From contig CAWBZV010000005.1 of the NCBI GenBank assembly GCA_963793305.1, positions 1,056,001 through 1,120,000 on the forward strand: 64,000 bases of DNA, read 5' to 3'. The notes under the pieces were generated by a model. That model was not told the origin of the DNA and did not search any database. It was given only the letters and a program-made list of their open reading frames with translations. The stretch is from an uncultured Gemmatimonadales bacterium (lineage in GTDB: Bacteria; Gemmatimonadota; Gemmatimonadetes; Gemmatimonadales; Gemmatimonadaceae). The translations under genes and the position numbers were made by a program. Below, piece after piece: positions 1 to 9,716 of the stretch (within the stretch, counting starts at the first letter, position 1; each line of letters starts with the position of its first letter).

Positions 1-1
1 C

Positions 2-1993
2 ATGAAGGCGATCGACCCCGACGTCGAGCCAAAGGAAGGCGGCGCCACGGCGCGAGCGAAGTCGAGCGACCTCGTATTCCTCGACCTGTCTGACTCGAAG
101 GGCGCGGCCGCCGAGGGGCCCAAGGCAAAGCCGCCACGGCCCGACCAGTCGCGCAAGACCGTCAAGCTGCCGCAGCCCGAGGAGCCGGAGCCGGAAGCCG
201 ACATCCTCGATGATCTGCCGCCGCTCGACCTCGAAGCCGAGGTGGAGCCCGAGGCCGAGGACGATCTGCTCCCGCTCCCACCGCTCGACGAGACCGATCT
301 CGAACCGCTCGAGCCGCTCGACCTCGGCGGCCAGGCCGAGGGGCTCGAGACGATGGAAGAGTTCTCGGCGCCCGAGCAAGTAGCGGAGACGGGCCAGATC
401 GCCGGGTTCGAGCAGACCGTGCTCGATCCCGAGATCGACGCGGCATTCCCGGCCGAAACACTGCCCGAGCTCGAGCCGCTCACCGGCAGCGAGTTCGCCG
501 AGCTCGATCTCGGCCCGCCGGCCGATCCGTCGCCGCGCCACAGCACGCACGACCTCGCGCTGCCGGGCCGACTGCCGTCGCTGGATATGCCGAGCGGCCG
601 GAGCCCGCTGTCGCTGACCGGGGAGATGGAGCTCATCATCCCCGAGAGCGACCTGCCGCTCCCGAAGCCTCGGAAGAAATCGCCGAACGGCGCGCCACCA
701 CCGCCGCCGCTGGAGGTCGATTTCACGCCGGAAGTCGACACGAGCGACTTGGATGGTCGCTCTGCGTCAGCCTCCTCGAAATTGTCGCTCACGAGCGGCG
801 CGGACTCGCTCACCTCTGAGCCGCAGGAACAGGAACCCGAGGCCGATGAGGTCGAGCTCCCGGCATGGATGTCGCCGGGAGAAGACGCTCCGCCGTCGGA
901 CGAGGCGCCGGATCTGCCGCTGCTCGATGTCGGCCCCGATCCCGTCAGCCCCGAGCCCGCGCACCATCACTCGCACACGCCGCTGGCGCGCGAGGTGGAC
1001 ACGCTGCGGCAGCGCGCGGCGGCCGAGCCGACAAATTGGACGGTACGCCAGCGCCTCGCGGAAGCGTTGCTCGAGGATGGCGACCGCGAAGAAGGGCTCC
1101 AAGAGCTGGAGGTCGTGATGCTTGGCCTCGAGCGCTCGCACGACTTGGACAGCGCCCGCTCGGTTGCCGACGAGATTATTCGCCTCAACCCGAACTCGGT
1201 TCGGCATCACCAGAAGCGCGTCGAGTACGCGTTCCGAGCCAACGACAAGCCGCGCTTGGCCGAGGCCTATTTGCAATTGGCCGACTCGCTCTTCCGCGCC
1301 GGACACGCGGACAAGGCGCGGGCGGTGTACCAACGGGTCCTCGAGCTCGCCCCTGATGATCCTCGCGCGCAAGCGGCGCTGAGCACCTTCGAGCCCCCGC
1401 CGCGCCAGCAGCCGACCCCGACGGCCGCTGCCCGAGCGGTCCGCCGCGAGCCGACCACGAACGACGACTTCGTGAACCTGAGCGACTGGCTCGCCGAAGA
1501 CCAAGCACCGAAGTCGACGCGCATGGTGGTCGACGAAGAAGCGCCCAGCGGCGATGAAGAAGCCGATTTCGCCGACATGCTGCGCAAGTTCAAGCAGGGC
1601 GTCTCCGACAATGTCGACGAGGAAGACCACGAGAGCCATTACGACTTGGGAGTCGCGTACAAAGAGATGGGCCTGGTCGATGAGGCCATCTCCGAGTTCC
1701 AAAAAGCGCTCCGGGCGCCCCACGGCCGTGTGCGCACCTACGAGGCGCTCGGCCAATGCTTCCTGGAGAAGCAGCAATTCCAGGTCGCGGCGACGATTTT
1801 GGGCCGCGCGCTGAACGAGCCCGGCATCGGGGATGATCAGTTGGTCGGCGTGCTGTATCTCCTCGGCTATTGCTCCGAAGCCCTCCGGTCAAACGCTGAT
1901 GCGCTTACCTTTTATCAGCGGGTGTTCGCCGTAGACATCCAGTTCCGCAATGTCGCCGACCGGCTCGCGCGACTCGAGAAGGTGGGGCGGTGA
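2..1993 (+). CDS. TPR-repeat protein with long acidic/Pro-rich linker, SgmX-like C-terminus (5' part probably outside window)
   Basis: C-terminal TPRs with HYDLGVAYKEMGLVDEAISEFQ motif; acidic low-complexity N-terminal half; stop overlaps next start (GTGA). Confidence 0.75.
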   Translation: MKAIDPDVEPKEGGATARAKSSDLVFLDLSDSKGAAAEGPKAKPPRPDQSRKTVKLPQPEEPEPEADILDDLPPLDLEAEVEPEAEDDLLPLPPLDETDLEPLEPLDLGGQAEGLETMEEFSAPEQVAETGQIAGFEQTVLDPEIDAAFPAETLPELEPLTGSEFAELDLGPPADPSPRHSTHDLALPGRLPSLDMPSGRSPLSLTGEMELIIPESDLPLPKPRKKSPNGAPPPPPLEVDFTPEVDTSDLDGRSASASSKLSLTSGADSLTSEPQEQEPEADEVELPAWMSPGEDAPPSDEAPDLPLLDVGPDPVSPEPAHHHSHTPLAREVDTLRQRAAAEPTNWTVRQRLAEALLEDGDREEGLQELEVVMLGLERSHDLDSARSVADEIIRLNPNSVRHHQKRVEYAFRANDKPRLAEAYLQLADSLFRAGHADKARAVYQRVLELAPDDPRAQAALSTFEPPPRQQPTPTAAARAVRREPTTNDDFVNLSDWLAEDQAPKSTRMVVDEEAPSGDEEADFADMLRKFKQGVSDNVDEEDHESHYDLGVAYKEMGLVDEAISEFQKALRAPHGRVRTYEALGQCFLEKQQFQVAATILGRALNEPGIGDDQLVGVLYLLGYCSEALRSNADALTFYQRVFAVDIQFRNVADRLARLEKVGR

Positions 1994-2979
1994 CAGGACG
2001 AGGGCTTCGGCCGACACTGAATGAAATCCAATCGACGGTCCGCCACGAGCTCGGCGAGGTCGAGGTCGAGCTCCGCCGCATCGTCGATGACGATTCGCCG
2101 CTGATCGCCGCGGTGAGCGGGCACCTGATGGGGATGAAGGGCAAGCTGTTGCGCCCGACGCTCGTGCTCCTGGCGAACGCGATCGATGATCACCCCGGCG
2201 CGTCGGCGACGACCCTGGCGGCGATCCTGGAGTTGATTCACGTCGCGACCCTCGTGCATGACGACGCGGTCGACCACTCCGTGCTCCGGCGCGGCATGCC
2301 CACGCTCAATTCGCTGCTCGGCCACCAGATCTCGGTGATCGCCGGCGATTTCTTGTACCTGCGGGCGCTGAAAGAGTTGGCGCGCCTCGGGAACGTGGAA
2401 GCATTGCGAATTATTACCGATGCGTCGGACGAGATGACGCGGGGCGAGCTGACGCAGCTTACGCGCGATGATGCCTTCGCGGTCAGCGAAGATGACTACG
2501 AGCGCTGGATCGAGGCGAAAACGGCCTCCCTCTTTCGCGCGGCCTGCGAGCTCGGCGCTCTCGCCGGCGCGCCAGAGTATCGCGTTCAACTCGCCAACTA
2601 CGGTCTCAAACTGGGAATGGCGTTCCAGATAGCCGATGACCTGCTCGACTACACGGCCGAGGAGTCCGTGACGGGGAAACCGAGTGGTCTCGACCTGCGT
2701 GAACGCAAGATGACGTTGCCTTTGATCGCCGCCCTTCGCTCAATGTCTCCCGTCTCGCGCGCTCGTGTCGAGTCGCTGTTCGCCAGCGAGTCGCCGAGCG
2801 ATACCGAGATCCACGACGTCATCGGTATCGTCGCCGATTCGGGCGGGTTGGACTACGCGCGCCGGCGTGGGGCGGAGTTCGCTGGACAAGCCGAAGCCGC
2901 ACTGGGCGAGCTGCCAGACACACCGGTCCGTGCCGTGCTCGCCGACACGATCAGCTATGTGACGGAGCGTTCACGCTAA
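1990..2979 (+). CDS. Polyprenyl diphosphate synthase (IspB/HepT-like)
   Basis: GKLLRP, first Asp-rich motif LVHDDAVD..RRG, KTASLF, second motif FQIADDLLD, GKPSGLDLRE. Confidence 0.93.
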   Translation: MTGRGLRPTLNEIQSTVRHELGEVEVELRRIVDDDSPLIAAVSGHLMGMKGKLLRPTLVLLANAIDDHPGASATTLAAILELIHVATLVHDDAVDHSVLRRGMPTLNSLLGHQISVIAGDFLYLRALKELARLGNVEALRIITDASDEMTRGELTQLTRDDAFAVSEDDYERWIEAKTASLFRAACELGALAGAPEYRVQLANYGLKLGMAFQIADDLLDYTAEESVTGKPSGLDLRERKMTLPLIAALRSMSPVSRARVESLFASESPSDTEIHDVIGIVADSGGLDYARRRGAEFAGQAEAALGELPDTPVRAVLADTISYVTERSR

Positions 2980-3269
2980 TGCCACCGCGCACGACAGGCG
3001 GCTCGTCCCGCCACCGGCCCGCGTTCCACGCGATTGTCCTCGCCTGCGGATTCGTGGTCGGCGGGTTCCTCACCCAGTTCGCCCGCAAGTTCCTGCCGGC
3101 CGGGGCCGTCAAGGAGCTTCTGACGACCGGCGTGACCCCATCCATCGGCCCCCTCGGCCTGGATCTCGTGATCCTCAAGCTCAGCATCGGGCCGATCGCG
3201 CTGGATGTCTCGTTGCTCAGCCTGATCGGGGTTTTGATCGCGTATCTGATCGCCAGAAGTTTGTTCTAA
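2979..3269 (+). CDS. Small membrane protein, DUF4321-like
   Basis: Two hydrophobic ends with LDLVILKLSIGPIALDVSLLSLIG; translationally coupled (TAATG). Confidence 0.65.
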   Translation: MPPRTTGGSSRHRPAFHAIVLACGFVVGGFLTQFARKFLPAGAVKELLTTGVTPSIGPLGLDLVILKLSIGPIALDVSLLSLIGVLIAYLIARSLF

Positions 3270-3275
3270 CCTGGC

Positions 3276-3302
3276 TGTCGATTTCGCCGGTTATCGTTCG
3301 TC
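3276..3302 (+). promoter_or_regulatory. Putative ECF42-type promoter TGTCGA-N17-CGTC
   Basis: TGTCGA at 3276-3281 and CGTC at 3299-3302, directly upstream of the YciI-YciI-ECF operon; matches the consensus described for ECF42 sigma factors. Confidence 0.6.
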
Positions 3303-3324
3303 GCCCCAGTAACAGGGAGGGGCG

Positions 3325-3735
3325 ATGCGATTCATGGTCCTGGTAAAGGCCAGCGCGGAAAGTGAGGCAGGCGTTCTCCCATCCCGGGAGATCCTCACTG
3401 CGATGCAGAAGTTCAACGAAGAGTTGGTCAAAGCGGGCGTTATGCTGGCTGGCGAGGGACTCCACCCCAGCTCAACGGGCGCTCGTGTGAAGTTCACGGC
3501 CCCGCATAAGGCGACCGTCGTCGACGGCCCGTTCGCGGAAACAAAAGAATTGCTCGCCGGCTACTGGCTCTGGCAGGTTAAGTCCAAAGAAGAGGCGATC
3601 GAGTGGCTGAAGCGCTCCCCATTCGGCCCGGGGGCCGAGCTCGAAATTCGCCAAGTATTCGACGTCGCCGACTTCGGCGACAACGCCACCCCTGAGCTGC
3701 GGGAGGCGGAAGCGCGCCTTCGCTCCAAGATATGA
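3325..3735 (+). CDS. YciI/DGPF-domain protein
   Basis: DGPFAETKELLAGYW signature; GGGAGG RBS. Confidence 0.92.
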   Translation: MRFMVLVKASAESEAGVLPSREILTAMQKFNEELVKAGVMLAGEGLHPSSTGARVKFTAPHKATVVDGPFAETKELLAGYWLWQVKSKEEAIEWLKRSPFGPGAELEIRQVFDVADFGDNATPELREAEARLRSKI

Positions 3736-4073
3736 AGTACATGGCCCTCTTTCGCCCGACGGAAGAACCCGTCGGATTGCCGTCAGAGGAAGAGATGGCG
3801 GCGCTGGGCACGCTGATCGCCGACCTCTCGAAGGAAGGCGTGCTCGTCGCCATGGATGGGCTGGCGTCGAGCGCGACGGGCGCGCTCCTTCGCCAGACGA
3901 ACGGCACGATCACGGTTACCGATGGTCCGTTCGCCGAAACGAAGGAGTTGGTCGCCGGCTACGCGATCTTGAACGCGCAGTCGAAGGCGCACATGATCGA
4001 GCTCACGAAGCGCATCGCGAAAGCCTTGGGCGGGGACGGCGTGTTGGAGATCCGTCAGCTGCATGAAGGATAG
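3732..4073 (+). CDS. YciI/DGPF-domain protein (second copy)
   Basis: TDGPFAETKELVAGY signature; ATGA overlap. Confidence 0.9.
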   Translation: MKYMALFRPTEEPVGLPSEEEMAALGTLIADLSKEGVLVAMDGLASSATGALLRQTNGTITVTDGPFAETKELVAGYAILNAQSKAHMIELTKRIAKALGGDGVLEIRQLHEG

Positions 4074-5313
4074 CGTTCACCGCGCGATCGAAGCGGTCTG
4101 GCGGATCGAATCCGCCAGACTGATCGCGGGTCTCGCGCGGATGGTGCGCGATGTCGGACTGGCCGAAGACCTCGCGCAGGACGCATTGCTCGCCGCGCTC
4201 GAGAAATGGCCGGAGTCGGGCGTGCCGGATAATCCGGGCGCCTGGCTCATGGCCACGGCGAAACGCCGCGCGATCGATCTCCTGCGCCGCAACACACTGC
4301 TCGACCGCAAGCATGTCGAGCTCGGTCACGATCTCGAGTCGCGACAAGAGGCTGGGGTCACTGCGCTGGACGCGTCCTTAGACGACGACGTTGGAGATGA
4401 CATGCTCCGCCTGATCTTCACGTCGTGCCATCCCGTGTTATCCCCGGAGGCCCGCGTCGCCCTTACGCTGCGTCTCCTCGGCGGGCTCACGACTGACGAA
4501 ATCGCCCGCGCATTCCTGGTCCCGGAACCGACGATCGCCCAACGCATCGTGCGAGCGAAGCGCACGCTGCGCGAAGCGCGCGTGCCATTCGAGATGCCAC
4601 GTCCGGCCGATCGCCCAGCGCGCCTGTCGTCCGTGCTGGAAGTGATTTACTTGATCTTCAACGAGGGCTACGCGGCGACGGCCGGCGAAGACTGGGTGCG
4701 CCCGGGATTGTGCGAGGACGCACTGAGACTCGGCCGCATTCTCGCCGCCCTGATGCCGGACGAGTCCGAAGTCCACGGTCTCGTGGCCCTCATGGCCATC
4801 CAGGCGTCGCGGCTCGCCGCACGTGTTGGCCCGACGGGTGAGCCCATTCTCCTCCTCGATCAGGATCGAGGGCGGTGGGATCACGTCCTGATCAACAACG
4901 GTCTGGCCGCGCTCGAGCGCGCCGAGCGACTGGCCGACACCCTCGGCCCATACACGCTGCAAGCCGCGATCGCCGCGTGTCACGCGCGAGCGCGCACGGC
5001 GGACGAGACCGACTGGCAGCGGATCGCCGCGCTCTATGATGCGTTGGCGTCGCTCGCCCCGTCGCCGGTCGTCGAGCTCAATCGCGCGGTTGCCGTGGGG
5101 ATGGCCTTTGGCCCGGCCGCGGGGCTCGAGCTCGTCGATGCGCTCTTGAGCGAGCCATCGCTCGCGCACTATCACCTCTTGCCGAGCGTGCGCGGCGATT
5201 TGCTCGCCAAGCTGGGGCGCGTGGCCGAGGCGCGTGTCGAGTTCCAGCGAGCCGCGTCGCTCACGCGGAATGCCCGTGAGCGCGCGCTGCTGCTCCATCG
5301 GGCCACTACGTAG
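4063..5313 (+). CDS. ECF sigma factor with C-terminal TPR extension (ECF42-like)
   Basis: AEDLAQDA, NPGAWL, LIFTSCHP, IAQRIVRAK, YLIFNEGY, QAAIAACH motifs; DGPF partners upstream. Confidence 0.92.
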   Translation: MKDSVHRAIEAVWRIESARLIAGLARMVRDVGLAEDLAQDALLAALEKWPESGVPDNPGAWLMATAKRRAIDLLRRNTLLDRKHVELGHDLESRQEAGVTALDASLDDDVGDDMLRLIFTSCHPVLSPEARVALTLRLLGGLTTDEIARAFLVPEPTIAQRIVRAKRTLREARVPFEMPRPADRPARLSSVLEVIYLIFNEGYAATAGEDWVRPGLCEDALRLGRILAALMPDESEVHGLVALMAIQASRLAARVGPTGEPILLLDQDRGRWDHVLINNGLAALERAERLADTLGPYTLQAAIAACHARARTADETDWQRIAALYDALASLAPSPVVELNRAVAVGMAFGPAAGLELVDALLSEPSLAHYHLLPSVRGDLLAKLGRVAEARVEFQRAASLTRNARERALLLHRATT

Positions 5314-7151
5314 ACGTTCTGCTGCCGGTTCGCCGCCTCGATCGCTTTCCGATTGTCGACGATGCGCGCCGCATCGCGCAGGTTCGTCAGGTAGATCTGA
5401 ATCGCCTGGTCGCGCTGCTGCTGCATGAGCGACTGCCGCTGCGCGACTTTCTGCGCCTCCCACACCGCGCGGCTCGACTCGGTCCGTTTGTCGACGCGAA
5501 TCACGTACATCGCATCATCGGTCCCGATCGGCGCGCTGACGGCATTGAGCGGCAATGAGAACGCGGCGCCAATGACTTCGTTGAAGCGCCCGACATCCGG
5601 AACGAATGCCGTGCGATTGAACGACGGGCTGTGAATCACCGAGAGCCCTTCCGCCTTGGCCTCTGCGTCAAGGGAGGTCTTCGCCGCGGCATCCGCGAAT
5701 ATCTGCGCCTTCGTTCGCAGGAGCTCGATCACGCCTCGCCGTGCGAGGATCGCGCGAATCTGCGGCCGGACCGCCGCCTCGGCGCCCCGCGCATTCGGAT
5801 CGACTCCGGGCGTCAGCGAATCGAGGCGCGCGAGGTAGTACGCATCATCGGCGTCAAACAACTCGCTCGACTCGCCAACTTGCGCGCCGGAGAACGCCCA
5901 CGTGCCGACGCTCGGCACCTGGCGTCCGTTCCAGATGAGAGGCTCGTCCTCATTCACGTGCAATTTCACCACCGGGAGCCCAAACGTTTTCGCCGCTTTG
6001 TCGAATTGCCCGCTCAGCTCCGAATGGCCAACGATCTTGTCGAGCGAATCGGCGATATGGTTGGTTCTCGCCGCGGCGGAGTCGCTCTGCTGAATGCGCA
6101 GCAGGATGTGCCGGACGGTGATGGAGTCGCCCTTCTTGGAGTCCACCCGAATCAAGTGAAAGCCGTACGGCGACAGGACGGGTTGTGACAGCTCGCCCGG
6201 CTTGAGAGCAAATGCCGCGCTGTCGAACTGCGGGACAAACCGTCCCCGCGTGACGGTGCCGAGGAGACCACCTTGCGCCGCGGATGCCGAGTCCTGCGAC
6301 TCCCGCTTGGCGACATTGTCGAACTTGGCTCCTTTCTCGATCTGGTCGCGCAGGGCGAGGAGATGAGCACGGGTCGCGGCGGTGTCGGCCGATGTGATCG
6401 TGCGTGGCAGGATGAGCAGCGAGACCGACGCACGCCCTTTCCTCCCCAACTGCTTCTTGTGGGCGACGAAGTACTCGTGCATCGCCTCATCGGTCACGTG
6501 GACCGTCGAGTCGGCCACCTCGTCCGGGTGCCAGGACACGTAGGAGATCTGGGCCGAGTCGTGCCCGTCCCGCCACAGGTTCCACATCTGGGCGTCTGTG
6601 ACGTAGACCGAGGACGCGACCTGCTCGAACAGCTTTTCTTTGGGGATCTGGTCGCGATACATCGCTTCCAGCTGGAGGAGCAGGCCTGACTGCTTGGCCA
6701 TCGGGCTCGAGAGGTACCGCTGGTACTTCTCCGGATCGAACCGGCCGTCGGTCTGCAGCTCCGGAGCCTGGAGGAACGCCGGAGGCGGGTTCGTCTGGGC
6801 TGCCTCCCGAATCTCCTCGTCGGAGACGGCGATGCCGCGTTTCTGGTATTCCTGCTCGAGCAGGATATCCGAGACCATCTCGTCGTAGGTCTGCTGTTCG
6901 AGCTCCTTTTGCTCGTCGAGCGTCAAGGCGCGGCCGGCGCGTTGCTGGGCTTCCTGATAGCGCCGCTGGGTCGCGTTCGACCACTGGATATATGTGATAT
7001 CCTGGCCGTTGACCGAGAAGACCGTTGTCGAGGCTGTGTTCCTGGTCCGGCCCGAGAGGCCGGACGTTTGATACAAAAGAAATCCGACGATAAAGGCCGC
7101 CACCACGAAATACCAAATGTATTTCGCGTTCGCCCGCATCTGTGAGAGCAT
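5172..7151 (-). CDS. SurA/PpiD-family peptidyl-prolyl isomerase chaperone (true 3' end probably about 5306)
   Basis: N-terminal TM anchor, SurA_N domain, parvulin motifs SQDSASAAQGGLLG, F..AAFALKPGELSQPV.SPYGFHLI. Confidence 0.88.
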   Translation of the reverse strand: MLSQMRANAKYIWYFVVAAFIVGFLLYQTSGLSGRTRNTASTTVFSVNGQDITYIQWSNATQRRYQEAQQRAGRALTLDEQKELEQQTYDEMVSDILLEQEYQKRGIAVSDEEIREAAQTNPPPAFLQAPELQTDGRFDPEKYQRYLSSPMAKQSGLLLQLEAMYRDQIPKEKLFEQVASSVYVTDAQMWNLWRDGHDSAQISYVSWHPDEVADSTVHVTDEAMHEYFVAHKKQLGRKGRASVSLLILPRTITSADTAATRAHLLALRDQIEKGAKFDNVAKRESQDSASAAQGGLLGTVTRGRFVPQFDSAAFALKPGELSQPVLSPYGFHLIRVDSKKGDSITVRHILLRIQQSDSAAARTNHIADSLDKIVGHSELSGQFDKAAKTFGLPVVKLHVNEDEPLIWNGRQVPSVGTWAFSGAQVGESSELFDADDAYYLARLDSLTPGVDPNARGAEAAVRPQIRAILARRGVIELLRTKAQIFADAAAKTSLDAEAKAEGLSVIHSPSFNRTAFVPDVGRFNEVIGAAFSLPLNAVSAPIGTDDAMYVIRVDKRTESSRAVWEAQKVAQRQSLMQQQRDQAIQIYLTNLRDAARIVDNRKAIEAANRQQNVYVVARWSSSARSRAFRVSDAARWNSTRASATRPSLASKSPRTLGKR

Positions 7152-7207
7152 GGGTCAAAACCTAGAAGTCACGATCGGCTAAAATCAAGAGAGCGTGTCA
7201 CTTCTGA

Positions 7208-7237
7208 TTGACTTCGCTCGTCAGCAAGGTATATCTT
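7208..7237 (+). promoter_or_regulatory. Putative sigma70 promoter (TTGACT ... TATATC/TATCTT)
   Basis: TTGACT at 7208-7213 with -10-like hexamers 16-18 nt downstream, in the divergent intergenic region. Confidence 0.45.
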
Positions 7238-7260
7238 CCCCGTCCTTACCGAGAGCCAAG

Positions 7261-9276
7261 ATGGCCATATCCGCCCGGATAGAGGAACTGGAAAGGAAGT
7301 TCAACGAGAACCCCCGGCGATACTTCGCGCCGCTCGCCAATGAGTACCGGAAGGCTGGCGACCTGACGCAGGCCATCTCGATCTGTCGCACGTACGTGCC
7401 TCAGCAGCCGGCTCATATGAGCGGCCATATCGTGTTTGGGCAAGCGTTGTTCGAAGCTGGGGAGTTCGAGGAAGCGCGTGGTGTTTTCGAGTCGGCTTTG
7501 CAGCTCGACCCGGAGAACCTCATCGCGCTCCGTCACTTGGGTGACATCGCCCGTGAGCGCGGTGATTTGACCGCGGCACGGACGTGGTACCGCCGCGTGC
7601 TCGATGCCGATCCGCGCAATCCTGAGGTCGTCTCGCTCTTGAGCTCGATCGACGGCTTGCCGGACGCGCAGGTGCATCGCCAGTCGAGTCCGGTCGAGGC
7701 GCTCTCGGGTTGGCAGGACATCAATCCTGAGCGGACACTCGAGCTGCCGCCGACGTTGGCGGCGCCGACGCCGACCCCGCCCGCGGTACCTGAAACCACG
7801 GCCAGTGCGCCTACCCCGGTTCTCACACCCCGCGTAGAACGGCCATCAGCTCCTATAGACGGGTTCTTCAGCGCCGAGAGCGACCTCGAAGAGATGAAGG
7901 CTGCTCCGCCGCCGACCGCGGAAGAGGGCGGGATGGGGTCCGGCTTCGAGTCGATGGAGTTTCAAGCGCCGAAGCGCGAGGATCGCCCGTCGCCTCCGCC
8001 CATCGAGTCGTTGCCGGAGTCGGACACGCCGCAGGCATTCGTCACCGAGACGATGGCCGAGCTGTATCTGCAGCAAGGGTTCCGCGACGAAGCGCTTGGC
8101 GTCTATCGCCAGCTCCTGGCGCAGAACCCGGGCGATGACAATCTCCGCGAGCGCGTCGCGCAGCTGGAGAGCGGATCGCGCTCGAGCATGAGCGTCGCCG
8201 CGGTCTCCGATTCCGTCATCGATGCGGCGCGCGAGCGCCACGGTGCGCCGGCGATGCGCTCGGTGCGCGCGTTCTTCGGCGGCCTGGCGGCGCGCCGCGT
8301 CGTGATGCACGCGTCCGGCCACACGACTGGCGAGCACGCCATCGCCGAGCCCGAAGCTTCGGAGCACGTGCCTCCCGAGCATGAGACGGTCGAGCACACG
8401 ACGGCCGAGAATGCGACGATCGAGCACGCGGCCCACGAGTATGTCCCGCCTGCGCCGGTCGCTGTCCAGCATGTCGCCGTTGAGCCGCAATCCCCCCCGG
8501 AGGCGGAACCACCAGCCGCGATGATGCACGCCGACCCGGCGCCAACACACGAACCGCTGTCGCACGAGCCGCCGTCGCACGAGCCACCGGCCGATCCCGA
8601 GCCTGTGCACGAGACGCCGCACGCCGATGTCGCGGGCTACAGCGACGAGGCATTCTCGGACGATGCGTTCGGGGCGAACTCGTTCACGGGCGGCTACTCC
8701 CCCCGCGCCAGCGGCGGGATGCTGGCCAAAGAAGACTTCGGCAGCGAAGGGCTCGTCTCTCGCGTGACCGAGGAGGTCGATGTCTTTGGCCTCCCCGTGC
8801 GTACCGAGCAATCAGTGCCGGAGCCGGAACCGCCGCGCGCCGAAGCCTCGCCCGAGCCCGAGCCGACGCCGGTCGCCGCGCCGGCCGCGCCGCGCAATTC
8901 GGGTCAGACCGATGCGTCGGTGAACGGGATGTTCAGTGGCTCGACGGTCGCCCCAACGGACGATGCCGCGGCGTCAACGCTCGCCGGCGCATTCGGCGGC
9001 ACCCAGCCCGAGGCCCCGCCCGCGCAGGAGCGCGCGGTTCGTCCGGCGAAGAACGAGCTCTCGCTCGACACGGTCTTCCGCGAAAGCTCGTCGGGCGACG
9101 GCAGCCCGACACGCCGCGAATCGAGCGCGTTCTCGTTCGACCAGTTCTTCGGAAACGACACGAACACCGACAACGTGTCGCCGATCGAGGGCGCGGCCGA
9201 AAACAACAATGATGAAAGCGCGGGTGTCGAGACCGAACAATTCAGCAGTTGGCTGTCGGGACTCAAGAAAAAGTGA
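7261..9276 (+). CDS. TPR-repeat protein with Pro/Glu/His-rich low-complexity C-terminal half
   Basis: RYFAPLANEYRKAGD N-terminal TPRs, TETMAELYLQQG motif, ends FSSWLSGLKKK; ATG at 7261 preferred over 7195. Confidence 0.8.
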   Translation: MAISARIEELERKFNENPRRYFAPLANEYRKAGDLTQAISICRTYVPQQPAHMSGHIVFGQALFEAGEFEEARGVFESALQLDPENLIALRHLGDIARERGDLTAARTWYRRVLDADPRNPEVVSLLSSIDGLPDAQVHRQSSPVEALSGWQDINPERTLELPPTLAAPTPTPPAVPETTASAPTPVLTPRVERPSAPIDGFFSAESDLEEMKAAPPPTAEEGGMGSGFESMEFQAPKREDRPSPPPIESLPESDTPQAFVTETMAELYLQQGFRDEALGVYRQLLAQNPGDDNLRERVAQLESGSRSSMSVAAVSDSVIDAARERHGAPAMRSVRAFFGGLAARRVVMHASGHTTGEHAIAEPEASEHVPPEHETVEHTTAENATIEHAAHEYVPPAPVAVQHVAVEPQSPPEAEPPAAMMHADPAPTHEPLSHEPPSHEPPADPEPVHETPHADVAGYSDEAFSDDAFGANSFTGGYSPRASGGMLAKEDFGSEGLVSRVTEEVDVFGLPVRTEQSVPEPEPPRAEASPEPEPTPVAAPAAPRNSGQTDASVNGMFSGSTVAPTDDAAASTLAGAFGGTQPEAPPAQERAVRPAKNELSLDTVFRESSSGDGSPTRRESSAFSFDQFFGNDTNTDNVSPIEGAAENNNDESAGVETEQFSSWLSGLKKK

Positions 9277-9716
9277 GAATCGCGGTTCTCAACGGCCCCA
9301 GCCTGAATCTCCTCGGCACGCGAGAACCGGCGATCTACGGGACGACGACGCTGGCGGACATTGAGCGTCGATTGACCAGCGTCGGTCGTGAGCTTGCGGT
9401 CGACATCGATTTCGCGCAACACAACGGGGAAGGCGACCTGATCGACGCTATTCACCGCATGCGCGGAACGACCGCGGGTGCGGTGGTCAACGCGGGCGCG
9501 TACAGCCACACGAGTCTCGCGATCCGCGACGCGTTCACCGCGGTGTCGGTCCCGTTCGTCGAGATCCACCTGACGAACGTTTTTTCGCGCGAACCGGAGC
9601 GCCGCACCTCGATGTTGGCTCCCGCGGCGCGCGGCGTCCTCTGTGGCTTCGGCGCTTACGGCTACGAGCTCGCGCTCCGTGGCCTGGTGTCGCTCTTGAA
9701 TAGCCAGCATGCGTGA
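9273..9716 (+). CDS. aroQ: Type II 3-dehydroquinate dehydratase
   Basis: LNGPSLNLLGTREPAIYG, NAGAYSHTSLAIRDA, EIHLTNVFSRE. Confidence 0.95.
   Translation: MRIAVLNGPSLNLLGTREPAIYGTTTLADIERRLTSVGRELAVDIDFAQHNGEGDLIDAIHRMRGTTAGAVVNAGAYSHTSLAIRDAFTAVSVPFVEIHLTNVFSREPERRTSMLAPAARGVLCGFGAYGYELALRGLVSLLNSQHA

Noticed and set aside
5172..5313. 142-bp convergent overlap between ECF sigma and surA/ppiD
   Set aside because: A minus-strand TAG at 5306-5308 is one base out of frame; given the indel rate, the extension is probably an artefact.
8330..8620. Short repeats (GAGCAC, CACGAGCCG) as a possible CRISPR or DNA repeat array
   Set aside because: In-frame low-complexity EH/HEP peptide repeats within a CDS; no constant repeat-spacer structure.
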